Origin: Octopus vulgaris
Taxonomy: Eukaryota
Assembly (NCBI GenBank): GCA_951406725.2
Contig: OX597842.1
Span: 33,790,001-33,854,000 of the forward strand
Length of the DNA: 64,000 nucleotides
Direction of reading: 5' to 3'
How positions within the stretch are numbered: the first letter of the stretch is position 1; every line of letters begins with the position of its first letter. The notes below the pieces were generated by a model, which searched no databases, was not told the origin of the DNA, and saw nothing but the letters and a program-made list of their open reading frames with translations. Positions 1-12,344 of the stretch are shown here, in pieces. The position numbers were made by a program, and so were the translations under genes.

Positions 1-569
1 TCTCATTTATTTTCTATATTTCCCATAAAGTGATCTCCTATTTAATAAATCCTTCGAAACCAGCAGATTCAAAGATAATATTCTCTTCATCTAAGCCAGC
101 TAGAGCTAAAACGTGACGCAGATTATATATATATATATATATATATAATCTTGTTCACAGCTTCGTACTCGTTAAATATTAACTCAAATAGTGACAAGAA
201 CCTGATGGCTATAGTTGATAAAAACATTTCCCCACCAACCATAAATGTAGGGAATTATACAGTGGGAATAATCTAAAGTTGAGATACAATTCCACCAGTA
301 ATATGAAGAATGTTACAATTCATAAATGAGAAATGAGGCCAAAGCAGCTCGATTTGCGGATATACCGACATGTGAACAATCAATAATATATGAAATGCCG
401 AGATAATTGTATATGAAGCGGAGTCACTTCCACTAAACTAAAATATATCGTAAAGTAGTACACAGATACTACATATGTATGACAGAAAGAAAGTTTAAAG
501 TAGATTGTACCAATTTCGGTTATGTTATATATAGTAATGTACTCATTTTTGTACTTTGTCTTTGATGAT

Positions 570-920
570 TTAATTGTTTCAGTTTTTAAACTGTGTGGTC
601 ATACTGGAGCACTGCATTGTAAGGATGAGTCGAACCAAACAAACCTCTAGTCTGCTCCATATTCTTTTGGTCTCTTTTGCCAAAACCGCTTAGATACAGG
701 GACGTAAACAAACCAACGCTGGTTATCAAACACAAGTATGTATCACCCACGCACATGCATGTATGTGGCAGCACCCACATAGTCAACCAAACTCACTAAC
801 AAGGTATAAGTCGGTCTGGTATCATAGTAGAGAAAAACTGACCCATGATTCTGTACATCGGAATTGAACTAGGAACCATGCAAGTGTAAGGTGACCTTCG
901 AAACTACACAGTCTTGCCTC
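570..920 (-). mobile_element. Diverged tRNA-derived CORE-like SINE (family A)
   Basis: Degenerate match to the family-A tail (gtttcag...catactggagcac) and head (gaactaggaaccatg...cacagtc) seen in cleaner copies such as 45014-45420. Confidence 0.7.
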
Positions 921-934
921 CATATATATATTCC

Positions 935-1154
935 TTTATTTGTTTTAGTCACTTAAGTGCAGCCATGCTGCAGCATCGCCTTTAGTCGAACAAATCAGGA
1001 CTTATTTGTAAGCCTAGTAATTATCCTGTCGGTCTCTCTTGCCGAACCGCTAGGTTACGGGGACATAAATACACCAACATCGGTTGACAAACAATGGGGA
1101 ACAAACGCAAACTTATGTATGTATATATGTATGTATGTATTCACCCTGAATTTC

Positions 1155-1185
<31 letters not shown>

Positions 1186-1404
1186 TAGAAAAAAAATGGA
1201 AAATTAAATTATACCATTTAGAAAAATATATATATATATATACAACAGGCTTCTTTAAGTTTCCGTCTATCAAATCCATTCTGGAGGTTTGGTCGGCCTG
1301 CTGCTTTAGTAAAAGACACTTTCCCAAGTTACCACACAAAGGAACTGAACTCGGAACCATGTGGTTGGGAAGCAAGCTTCTTACCACACAGCCACGCCCG
1401 TACC
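935..1404 (-). mobile_element. Family-A SINE, near full length with internal (TA)n
   Basis: Reverse complement of head TGGCTGTGTGGTAAG...GGTTC, CORE-like TTGGGAAAGTGTCTT, body and GCATGGC tail. Confidence 0.85.
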
Positions 1405-2089
1405 TATATCATGCACAGGTAAATAAATGAATAAAATGAAATAGATAACTAAATAAACAAATTCATAAGTGACATACTACTTAACCTAATCCAAGCTATA
1501 CAACTAGAACGACGTGGAGGTCATGGTCGGCGCCCATTCAAGCGTGCAAATTGTTCAATTAGGCGTGACGAGGGCTAAACAAACATCCACCGCCACACGA
1601 AACCAGGCCGATCTATGGAGTTCATCTTAATGATGTTAATTAGCTAATTACAAGACCAGATTTCACGGGACAGTGGCGCGTTTATGTCAAATATAATGCT
1701 TACACACTGCGAATACCTGTTGACAGCTAAGCAGACTGAGCGTCTCCACAAGATGGAGACAAAAATGGCGGAATATTAGAGCTATGTCGTACGCCATTTT
1801 ATTGTTCTGATTTGAGGGAGATTTAGCTGTTATTTCTTGTCATTTTATATATATATATGTCTGTGTGTGAGTGTGTGTGCGTGTGTGTGTTGAATTTTAA
1901 TTATGTACCAATGACGATGTGTATATACGAAATGTTGTACGCAGAGATATACATACATATTCCTTGGGATATATAATATATATGTAGTGTAAACCATGCG
2001 TAATATATATTATCTGTTCTATATATATGTATACACGCACATTTACCTATACAGATATACTTACATGTGTGTGTGTATATATAAATATA

Positions 2090-2790
2090 TACATCTATAT
2101 ATATATACATGCATGTATTTATACATGTATTTATATATATATAATATATATACATACATACATACATGTACTTATACATCTATGTATATATATATAGTAT
2201 ATATACATACATACATACATGTACTTATACATCTATGTATATATATATAGTATATATACATACATACATACATGTACTTATACATCTATGTATATATATA
2301 TAATATACATACATACATACATGTACTTATACATCTATGTATATGTATATATATATATATATACACACACATACATACACGTATTTATACATCTATATAT
2401 ATATATATATATATATATACATCTATATATAAACATGTTTTATACATCTATATATATATACATATATTTATACATCTATATATATACATATATTTATACA
2501 TCTATATAGGTATATACATATATTTATACGTCTATATATATATATATACGTATATTTATATATATATATACATCTATATATATATATATACATGTATTTA
2601 TACATTATATATATACATATATTTATACATCTATATATATATATATACATATAATTATACATCTATATAGGTATATACATATATTTATACGTCTATATAT
2701 ATATATATATATATATACGTGTACTTATACATCTCTCTCTTTATATATATATATACGTATACTTATACATTATTCTATATATATATTTAT
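2090..2790. repeat. Compound minisatellite (catacatgtacttatacatcta + (TA)n)
   Basis: Repeated cttatacatcta/tttatacatcta units separated by TA runs. Confidence 0.85.
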
Positions 2791-2826
2791 ACACACACAC
2801 ATATATTTATATATATATACGTATAC

Positions 2827-2862
<36 letters not shown>

Positions 2863-2969
2863 GCATCTACATATCTCTCTGTGCATATATATACATGCAT
2901 ATATATAAACAGGTGCATGTATACATGTATATATACACATAATTAAATTCAAATGGACATTTTTGCAAA

Positions 2970-3360
2970 TACGTGTTTAAGATGTGTCCAAGATGTGTTA
3001 AAGATCCAATATGTGTTTAAGATGCTTTTAATATATGTTTAAGAAGGGTATAACATGTGTTTAAGAATTGTTCAATATATGCTTAAGATGCGTTCTGGAT
3101 ATGTTTAGGATAAGCTAGATAGAACTGTAATAATTTATGGTATTCATAATGTGTTTAAGATGTTCTGAACGTGTTTAAGATGTGCTTAAGTTGTTCTTAA
3201 TGCGTTTAAGGTGTCTAGGATAAGCTAGAACGAGAGACCTGTGAAGCATTAAGATGAAATAAAAAACGGAGTAAAGTTGTGATGTGTTTAAGATGTGCTT
3301 AAGATGCGTTTAAGATATTTTGGCTGAGCTTGAGAGATAAGACTATGAGGCGTTAAGATG
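2970..3360. repeat. Diverged short-period tandem repeat (tgtgtttaagat-like)
   Basis: More than ten imperfect gtgtttaaga/gcttaagatg motifs. Confidence 0.7.
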
Positions 3361-3446
3361 AAGGAAAAAGATTGGGTGAAGTTGCGGTGAGTTTAGAATA
3401 TTTAGGAGATGATGAATAGAAAGCTGTGATGCATAAAGATGAAGGA

Positions 3447-3770
3447 CTTGCACTGTGACCCGGCGTTGCTGGGTCATAGTTCTACTGCATGCATATACAG
3501 CTGCGTGCGTGCGCACATACAGGCGAGTACTGTCCAAATCTCCGACCAATCACATACAGCTAGCTGGCATTCAATTGGCGTATCAAGTTTCAGGTATTTT
3601 GATTGGGTTTTGGATAGAAAATTCACAAAAAGTCACTTCTAGAAAATAATTTGGCGGACGTCAGTGATAGGTAATTTTAGTCGATTCTGTGGGCACTAAG
3701 CTCTTAAAACTATTGAAGACTTTTCAATAAAAAAAGGTAAATATTTTCAGACGAGAAGGCGTACCATTTA
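3447..3770 (-). mobile_element. Non-autonomous Helitron-like element, copy 1 (3' part)
   Basis: Subterminal hairpin CCCGGCgttGCTGGG beside a mutated CTAG (cttg); about 170 bp near-identical to 3808-3977. Confidence 0.6.
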
Positions 3771-3791
3771 AGGGAGGTTTGGCTGTTGTTT

Positions 3792-4157
3792 CTAGCATAT
3801 CCCATAACCGTTGCCGGGCCATAGTGCTAATGTATGCATATACAGCTGTGTACGTGCGCACATACACGCAAGTACTGTCCAAATCTCCGACCAATCACAT
3901 ACAGCTGGCTGGCATTCAATTGGCGTATCAAGTTTCAGACATTTTGATTGGGTTTTGGATGGAAAATTCACAAAAAAATGTCAATTCTATTTATTTTTTA
4001 ATGGCTTTGCGGGGTGACTGGGGAAATGTAAAGATGTGCACGACCACCCTTGGACGGTTTTGAATGACCATAGAAAGTCCGAGCCCTCTAACTGAAAAAC
4101 TGTGGATTTGTATAAAGGACACGCACGCAGACATTTTGCCGTTTATATAGAGAGAGA
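3792..4157 (-). mobile_element. Non-autonomous Helitron-like element, copy 2
   Basis: On the minus strand it starts A|TCTCTCTCTATATAAACGGCAAAATGTCTG and ends with a GC-rich hairpin remnant followed by CTAG, the canonical Helitron termini. Confidence 0.65.
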
Positions 4158-4307
4158 TAATTTAGGGACTAACAGACAATTTGCTTCATTTTGTTGTTTG
4201 TTGTTTATCGAGATGGTCACATGTTCAGGATCAGGTACTGTGAAAGAGTTGTGTGATGTTAAGAAGAAAGAAAAGATCGGGTGATATTGGGATGTTTTTA
4301 AGGGGTT

Positions 4308-4773
4308 CCTTAAATCCTTAAATCCTTAAAAATGTTTCAGCCCGAAGGCTGCGGCCATGCTGGGGCACCACCGTTGAATGAGCTACACTAATATGTGAAT
4401 CCACCTCTGATACGTGGCACTTGGTCAACAAGGGAGTTCGATGCAGCTGCCCGCATCTGTGTCTCCTGTCGTGCGGTAGGTTCATCTGGGACCCCCGACA
4501 AGAAGAGATCCAGTTTAGTTTTAAAGAAACCCACATCCACACCATGCAAGTCTCAGGCATTTCGGGAGGATGTTAAAGAGCTGTGGTCCTCTGAAAACCA
4601 AGCTGTTGCAGTATCTGGTCCTGTATTTTGATGGTGATGTTGGAATCTTTGGCACCATGCAGTGGCGCCCCGTTCTGCGGTTGGGGTAACTTTGGATGCC
4701 AAAGTTTGGGACAAGACCCTCCAGGATTTTCCAGATGTATATCACTGCATATCTCTCCCGCCTTCGCTCCAGG
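4308..4773 (-). mobile_element. 5'-truncated LINE (CR1/Jockey-group), ORF2 C-terminus, 3' UTR and (TTTAAGGA)n tail
   Basis: Translates LERRRERYAVIYIWKILEGLVPNFG...RGPQLFNILPKCLR then, after a frameshift, KTKLDLFLSGVPDEP...SNSLVDQ; tandem-repeat tail. Confidence 0.9.
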
Positions 4774-5666
4774 TTGATAAAAAAAAAAAATGAAAAGTTC
4801 CCAACGTTAAGACGAATGTCAAAATGAGATCAAATTTGTGATGTAACGTGATGTATTTAAGATGACAACGTGTTTAGAACAATCTAGAAAGAGAGAATTA
4901 TATGTAAGGACGAAAGATAAGACGGTTCCTGGAATGTGATAACTAAGTGTTTAGAATAACACAAAAATACACAGAAAACAGTTTAAACAACAAGATCGCG
5001 ATAAACGTATTCTGTGGTGTCCTGTGTTCAAGATGGCGACATGTTTAATATTAGAATGCGAGATAGAACAGCGACACAGATTATCCAGAATGCTTTGACT
5101 GAAAACACGATAATAATAGGACACCGTAAGGTACATGTAATATGGTAAGCTAATCTAATCTGCTCTAATCTAATCTTTATATCTGAATTTTAATAATCCG
5201 TTTGGTTTAAGACCGTAGATGTTTACGTTTTCGTTTCTTCGGTAGAGTTGGAGAAATGAAACGTCCGCATTCTTTCGGATTATCGCCTGATTGTCCTATA
5301 ATCCAGTGAGGGAGGAGGAAAACGGGCAGTGTTAGACAGAATACCGTGCGATATTTGTTACACTTTCGTGGGCTTTGAGTTCAAACCTCGCTGATGTCAA
5401 TTTATCGTTTTTGTTATTACAAGAACTGATAAATAAAGAATCAACCGAAAAGGATGTTTTTTTTCGCAAAATCGTTAGCAAGAAGAGGCTTTCTGTAAGT
5501 CCCCTTACATTTGCGGTTCGGCAAAAAGGTTTTGATAAAATAAGTACAAAAAGTTTTAAGGTCAATTAATTCGACTAAAAAGCTTTGAAAGCCGAACTGC
5601 AGCATGGCCGCAGGCTGATGGTTAAACAGTAAAACATAAATAATTAGTGTGTGTTCTTATAAGTAC

Positions 5667-5711
<45 letters not shown>

Positions 5712-5858
5712 GAAATGAGGTAATCAGAAGATCGGATGGTTCATATTTATAGATATTTATTTATATATTACATTTTTTATATATATATATCATATCATTC
5801 AGATCATATCATTCAGATTATTAGCGCTTTCTCCCATTCCAGTGGGGTTTTCAAGAAA

Positions 5859-5911
<53 letters not shown>

Positions 5912-5999
5912 TGTGTGTGTGTGTGTGTGTATGTATAGATAAAATGTGTATATATACATATATATATGTGTGTGTGCGTATAGATAAAATGTATATATA

Positions 6000-6156
6000 T
6001 ACACCGATTTTAACGTATTTAAGAATCCCCTAATTTTGGGGGCTTAAAAAGCTTTTGTAAAAGAATATAATACTATCCATGTATAAGAAACACCCATATT
6101 TTATAAGCCTAATTTTTGACAAAAAAAGGGTTACTTATACACATTAAAATATGGTA
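6000..6156. mobile_element. pogo/Tc2-like MITE
   Basis: Imperfect terminal inverted repeats (ccgattttaacgtatttaag / cttatacacattaaaatatgg) between TA dinucleotides. Confidence 0.55.
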
Positions 6157-6244
6157 TATAATATATATTCATCTATATGCATGTATATACACATAAAGAT
6201 ATATATATATACAAACATATACATTCACTATATATATATATATA

Positions 6245-6435
6245 GGGAAAGTTTACGAAAAAAAAACAAAAGACGAAGACAGGTGGTGTACAAAACAAAC
6301 AGATGTATTAGTATAGCGCTCAGGAATAGAAAAAGTCTTTTACGTTTCGAGCCTATGCTCTTCTACAGAAAGGGACACAGACAAAAACAAGGAGAGGAAA
6401 AAAAATGTGTGTAGTGGCTAACGATCTATCATGGC
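6245..6435 (-). mobile_element. Penelope-like terminal fragment with hammerhead-like motif
   Basis: Minus strand CTTT-CTGTAGA-A-GAGCATAGGCTC-GAAACGTA-AAAG; near-identical copy at 32757-32935; inserted in (TA)n. Confidence 0.65.
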
Positions 6436-6443
6436 ATCTGATC

Positions 6444-6475
<32 letters not shown>

Positions 6476-7393
6476 CACAAGCATATACGCATGTAGGTGT
6501 AGTTAAAGTATAAATTTAAAACAAAAAAACAAAACAAGCAAAAACATTAAAACATTTTTTTGTCCCACCCCTATCTGTCTGATTGCCTCCCCTCCGCAAA
6601 CTGATGAAAACCCATTTTACGAAGCGTCAATAATTATCGCTTCTGCCAGGTTATATAGAAAAATTACACCAAATTTGCTAACCTCGGATCGGGTCGGGAA
6701 CTAAGACAGCAGATCTGTTAAAACAGCGATAAAAAAATACATAAGGCGGGGGAGAAGCGTGGCTGACGCTGAAGGAACAAGGGTTGGTAATAACGGCAAA
6801 TTGATGGGTCAACGGTTCAAATGAGATATCGGATAAAGGGTTATAACGGGTTTTGTTTTTTTTTTAATTTTTTTCTTTTTTATTATTTCTTTATTTCTTT
6901 TTCTATCATTTTCTTTTATATCTTTCGTTCTTTTATTTTTTTCTGTTCCTTTATTGTATTTTTTTATCTTTTTTCCGTACTTGCTATTTGCTCTTTTTTT
7001 TTTATTTTTCTTCTTGATATATATGTGCGTGTGTATGTGTGTGTGTGCGTGTATGTACATAGGTATGTCTGTGTGTAAGCGTACTTCGCAGAAAGAGAAT
7101 GGGATAGAAACACACGGCGCATGCGTATGTGTATGAGTTTATATATATGTGTGTGTCTGTGCGTGTGTGTGAGTGTGTGAGTGTGTGTGTGTTATAGGCC
7201 GATAAAGTGAGCTTTTGAAGAAAGCTGAGATAAGAATGAAATGCGAATGAAAGCGAAACTAAAACCGCCAAAACATCACATAAAAAAATTTATGATGAAA
7301 GAGAAGCGAAGAAAATAGCAATTTGCAATGTGAAATGTATATGAGATGATAATGTTTCATATATATATATGTATATATATACGTGTGTATATA

Positions 7394-7426
<33 letters not shown>

Positions 7427-7432
7427 GTGTGT

Positions 7433-7484
<52 letters not shown>

Positions 7485-7491
7485 GTATATA

Positions 7492-7524
<33 letters not shown>

Positions 7525-7600
7525 ATATATATATATATGTATATATATGTGTGTGTGTGTGTGTGTATGTATGTGCATATACACGCATATATATATATAG

Positions 7601-7645
<45 letters not shown>

Positions 7646-7662
7646 GGTATATGCATGTGTGC

Positions 7663-7698
<36 letters not shown>

Positions 7699-7809
7699 TC
7701 AATAATGAGGGTGTAGTGCTATTTCTATGTGGAATTATCGTTGGCGACTACCGGTGGAGCTATTTCTAGCACTAGAGTTAACATATTCAAAGTTGGCTCT
7801 CTTATATTT

Positions 7810-7851
<42 letters not shown>

Positions 7852-8060
7852 GTCCCTAGACACGTGCATATACGTGAATGTAGTTGTGTATATACACGCG
7901 TAGTTAGGCATGTATGTATATGTAACCAAAGTATATATATTCACGGATAATGTATATATATATATATGTATGTACTTACATATGTGTATGAGTATATATT
8001 ACATATGTATACATATCTATACATTTAGGTCAATATATATATACATACATATATATATAA

Positions 8061-8096
<36 letters not shown>

Positions 8097-8479
8097 ATAG
8101 ATATATAGATATGTATAGATATGTATATATGTGTGTACGTGTGTGTAATGTACAATACATATACATGCACATATGCGTATAGAGTCATCATGTGCACATA
8201 TACCTATCTATGCATGCACGTATCGGTCTATACGAGTGTATACACATACATGTGTCTGTCTGTACGTATGCATATATGTATGTGTGTATGAATATATCAT
8301 ACATGCATTTAATGTATGTATAGGTGTGTATATATATATACGTGTGTGTGCGCAGGTTGGAGGGTGCGTGTAAGTGTTTGTGGGTTGGTGTATATCTGTG
8401 TATACATATGTACATACATGAATATATATACACACAGACATACATAGACATATACGTAGCCTTCCCATTGTATTAACGC

Positions 8480-8858
8480 TGCTATTCCAAAACTCTAGAG
8501 AGTGGAATATTCCCAGAACGACAAAAAGAAATAATAGCCACACTTCTTCACAAATGAAGTAGCAGAGATGAGGCTACAAGCTACAGCCCTATATCATTTC
8601 GCTTTAGACACATCTAAGATTAAAGAATACACAGACATGGAAAAGTATATTCGATAAACTTGAGGAAAACAAAACTTCTAACGTGATACACAGCATGGTT
8701 TTCGGACAGGGCGAGGTATTCTGACACAAGCACTATTTCAGTATTGGTAACAATCTTTTAAGGTGAGTGGGCACCATCAGCATATACCTTTATTCTGTTA
8801 AAGCCCTTCACAAGACAGTTCATGGAATCGTTCGTCATAGATTAAAAGAACCTTGGTA
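8480..8858 (+). pseudogene. Highly decayed LINE reverse transcriptase fragment (CR1-like)
   Basis: Across frameshifts: SLESGIFP...YSPIS...DTQHGFRTGRG...YLYSVKALHKTVHG, degenerate versions of YRPISL, QHGFR and YLDFxKAFDxVxH. Confidence 0.7.
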
Positions 8859-8859
8859 T

Positions 8860-9156
8860 AGGCGCTGGCGTGGCTGTGTGATAAGAAGCTTGGTTCCCCG
8901 CTATATGGTTCTAGGTTCAGTCCCACTGCGTAGCACCTTGGGCAAGAGACTTTTACTACAGCCTCCGGGCGAAATGCTTAGCGGTATTTCGTCTGTCGTT
9001 ACGTTGTGAGTTCAAATTCCGCCGAGGTCGACTTTGCCTTTCATCCTTTCGGGGTCGATAAATAAAAGTACCAGTTTCGATGTAATCGACTTAATCCCAT
9101 TGTCTGTCCTTGTTTGTCCCCTCTATGTTTAGCCCCTTGTGGGCAATAAAGAAATA
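8860..9156 (+). mobile_element. Chimeric SINE: family-A head fused to Meta-SINE (family B) body and tail
   Basis: Family-A head to gcctccgggc, then gaaatgcttagcggtatttcg...gtcgactttgcctttcatcctttcggggtcgataaa...gggcaataaagaaata. Confidence 0.8.
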
Positions 9157-9299
9157 TATTTGCTGTAGCCCATCTTTTACACCAGGACAAAACAATGTAC
9201 ATGATAACACTTCCAATCAGTTAAGATCAGACGCCATGAGAGCCAGTGACCTGGTATTCCATCAAGGTATGAATGGTATTTTATTATTATCAATCATTA

Positions 9300-9470
9300 C
9301 TATGATTTCGTCTGCCACTACGTCCTGAATTCAAATTCCGCCGAGTTTGACTTTCATCCTTTCAGAATCAATTAAATAAGTACCAGTTACGAATTGGGGT
9401 CGATGTAATCGGCTAGCCCCCTTCATCAAAAAATTATCAAGGCCGTGTGCCTAGAGTAGAAATAATAATA
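9300..9470 (+). mobile_element. Partial Meta-SINE with (AAT)n tail
   Basis: ttcaaattccgccgag...ttcatccttt...taagtaccagttac...ggggtcgatgtaatcg. Confidence 0.75.
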
Positions 9471-10262
9471 ATAACTATAATAATAATAATAATAATAGTA
9501 ATAATAATAATAATAATTATTATTATTATTATTATTATTAAGGACGTGGACGATAGAATATGGAACATGTAGCTGCCACATGGAGCGACAAAAAATAATA
9601 ATAACACAAAAAATATTTTTTTTTTAATTTGGCATCGATTTTATGGTTCCATATTATTGTGCCAAAATTAAAAATTCTGTTTTTCTTTTTTCACCTTTTC
9701 TTTCTTTTAAATTAAATGCACACACACACACACACACGCACACATACCTAACTCTGCAATTTCTTAAGACTGAATCAGTCAAAATTTTAGAAAACAAAAC
9801 AAAATAATTACGAAAAGTATTTTTTTTTTAAATTGAAAGAAAATAATATAATTTTTTTTTGTTTTTTTTAAATATATGAACAGATGTGACATTTTGTGAC
9901 AGCAATCGCTTTCAGAAAATGCGAAAATACGAGAAAGAAGAAAAAAGCTGAACAAGGCTACACTATCTTTTAATAATATGGGTAAGGAACTAAAGGTAGA
10001 CAGCGTGTCGCCCGAGATGGAGTAAATCTCTCTGATGAGCATAACGGCACGGTCGGGTTTCTGCACGCCGCTTATGCGCGGGGAGGATCGCTCCACATTC
10101 TTGACAAGCGTGCGCATACATATGTACACATACGCACAGACAGACGCATATAAATGCCTCTGTGTGTGTGTGTGTGTGTGTGTGTGTACAGTTTTGGCCA
10201 AATGTTTGGAACACTTAAAATAATTAAAATTATTATGCCCAATATACGCTGCGACCATTCAT

Positions 10263-10425
10263 AGGCACAGGTGTGGTAGGTAGCTTGCTTACCAACCACA
10301 TGGTTCCGGGTTCAGTCCCACTGCGTGGCACCTTGGGTAAGTAAGTGTCTTCTACTATAGCCTCGAGCCGACCAAAGCCTTGTGAGTAGATTTGGTAGAT
10401 GGAAACTGAAAGAAGCTTGTCGTAT
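10263..10425 (+). mobile_element. Family-A SINE 5' half
   Basis: tRNA-like head, GGTTCAGTCCC B-box-like motif, CORE-like CCTTGGG...GTGTCTT; ends at (TA)n. Confidence 0.9.
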
Positions 10426-10575
10426 GTATGTATATATTTATATATATATATATATATATATATTATAAATAGATGAGTGTATTTTTACCTTGTTAACAAT
10501 TAACACGGAAAAAATAAATAAATAGTTACCAGGGCAGCAAAAATCTGATTACACCTGCGTTAACTCCATTTTTTA

Positions 10576-10626
<51 letters not shown>

Positions 10627-10629
<3 letters not shown>

Positions 10630-10861
10630 GAAAGAGATCAAAGAGGAACAGGATCCCATCAACTTTAAACGGATTCTGGATAGATTCCTTCAAGGAATAC
10701 CAGATAAGCCACCCATAATTGGATACAACTCACCCAACAAAAATCAACAAAACGAATGGACCATAAACAAAACTTGACTTAAACAGGATTCAAATAATCC
10801 TATCAGGTGGTGCTATTAAGTTAGACATGGCCTGGACCAATCTTTGGTCGAAACATATCTA

Positions 10862-10866
<5 letters not shown>
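10627..10866 (+). mobile_element. 3' end of a second CR1/Jockey-group LINE
   Basis: PKEIKEEQDPINFKRILDRFLQGIPDKPP...* resembles the FKxxLDxFLxxVPDEP end of 4308-4773; tail CATGGCC-stem-loop-GAAAC. Confidence 0.8.
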
Positions 10867-10899
<33 letters not shown>

Positions 10900-10900
<1 letters not shown>

Positions 10901-11170
10901 GGAAACCGGTTTACCGGTTTCCTTGGCGTATAGATTCCCCACCTGGACGGGACGCCGGTCCGTCGCAGGTGAGTTACAAGATGCAGGAGGAAAGAGTGAG
11001 AGAAAGTTGTGGCGAAAGAGTCAGCAGAAGTTCGCCATTACCATCCGCCGGAGCCACGTGGAGCTTAGGTGTTTTCGCTCATAAACACACGTAACGCCCG
11101 GTCTGAGATTCGAACCCGCGATCCCTCAACCACGAGTCCACTGCTCTAACTACTCGGCCACGTGCCTCCA
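10900..11170 (-). mobile_element. tRNA-derived V-domain-like SINE (family C)
   Basis: Head TGGCCGAGTAGTTAGAGCAGTGGACTCG...GGTTCGAATC; CCTGCGACGGACCGGCGTCCCGTCCAGG...GGAAACCGG resembles the V-SINE domain. Confidence 0.85.
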
Positions 11171-11670
11171 CTTTCTACAGGTAAAATGAACATTGTTTTT
11201 ATGTTCGCCGACCGCACACATCTTTGACTCTATAATTCAGTAAAGCTTTATCTAGCATTATACCGTTACCGGCTGCTATTTCCAGCAAACATCAGTGATT
11301 TGTTGTACCACTATTTTTCCTATATATATGTACACACGCATACACACACACACATAAGTTGCCACAGTCCTGTCTACCAAATTCACTCAAACATATTCGT
11401 CGGTATGGGAGCCATAGAAGTAAGAAGCCAAGGTGCCATGCAGTGGGATCGAAACTGAAACCTTGTGGCCGCAAAGTGACCTTATTAACCACTGCTTAGA
11501 GGCTGCATCTTCAGTTTGTGATGTGTACTTTATCCGCATGTTTCAATTTATGTGCCTATGTGTATGTGACTGCACTCATGTGTGTGTGTGTGTGTGTTTA
11601 TAAATGTGTATATATCTGCAGTTGTGTTTGCGCATGGTGTATATTTGTGTGTAGATGTGTAAAATATTTC

Positions 11671-11733
<63 letters not shown>

Positions 11734-11739
11734 ATACAT

Positions 11740-11787
11740 ATACAGACGTGTTATATATATATATGCATTTACACAAACACACGTGTT

Positions 11788-11819
<32 letters not shown>

Positions 11820-11945
11820 GCATTTACACAAACGCACGTGTTATACATACATATATATATATATATATATATTGCATATACACAAACACACGTGTTATAC
11901 ATATATATATATATGTATTTACACAAACACGCGTGTTATATATAT
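11740..11945. repeat. Minisatellite (atttacacaaacacacgtgttata + (TA)n), four units
   Basis: Direct repeats visible in the sequence. Confidence 0.8.
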
Positions 11946-11969
11946 ATATATGCAAACACACACACACAC

Positions 11970-12040
<71 letters not shown>

Positions 12041-12041
12041 C

Positions 12042-12073
<32 letters not shown>

Positions 12074-12344
12074 TTATGGACGTGTATGTGTGTGTGATAT
12101 CTGTCAGTATGTCACTGGAAGAGAAATGGGTACGGGAGGTGGATTCGAAACCGGCAAGTTCCAACTTAAATACGGTAATTGAGGGATTAGTCACATCCTG
12201 CGGTTAATAACAGTACAGGATGTGGTGGTGGTGTGGTATGGCGTGGTGTGGCGCGGTGTGGTGTTATGGTAGTGCATGGTAGAATGTCGGTGTATGTCGT
12301 TCTTTAGATCTTGATCGTTATTGATTGAATTAAAACAGGTCTGT

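Noticed and set aside
38-55. 18-mer ctatttaataaatccttc also present at about 29591
   Set aside because: AT-rich with no extended similarity; a chance match is plausible.
165-430. Faint RTE-like RT similarity (NINSN...PPTINVGNYTV...AKAA)
   Set aside because: Too degenerate to support without a profile search.
7248-7260. ISRE-like GAAAGCGAAACT
   Set aside because: Single short motif in A-rich sequence with no supporting context.
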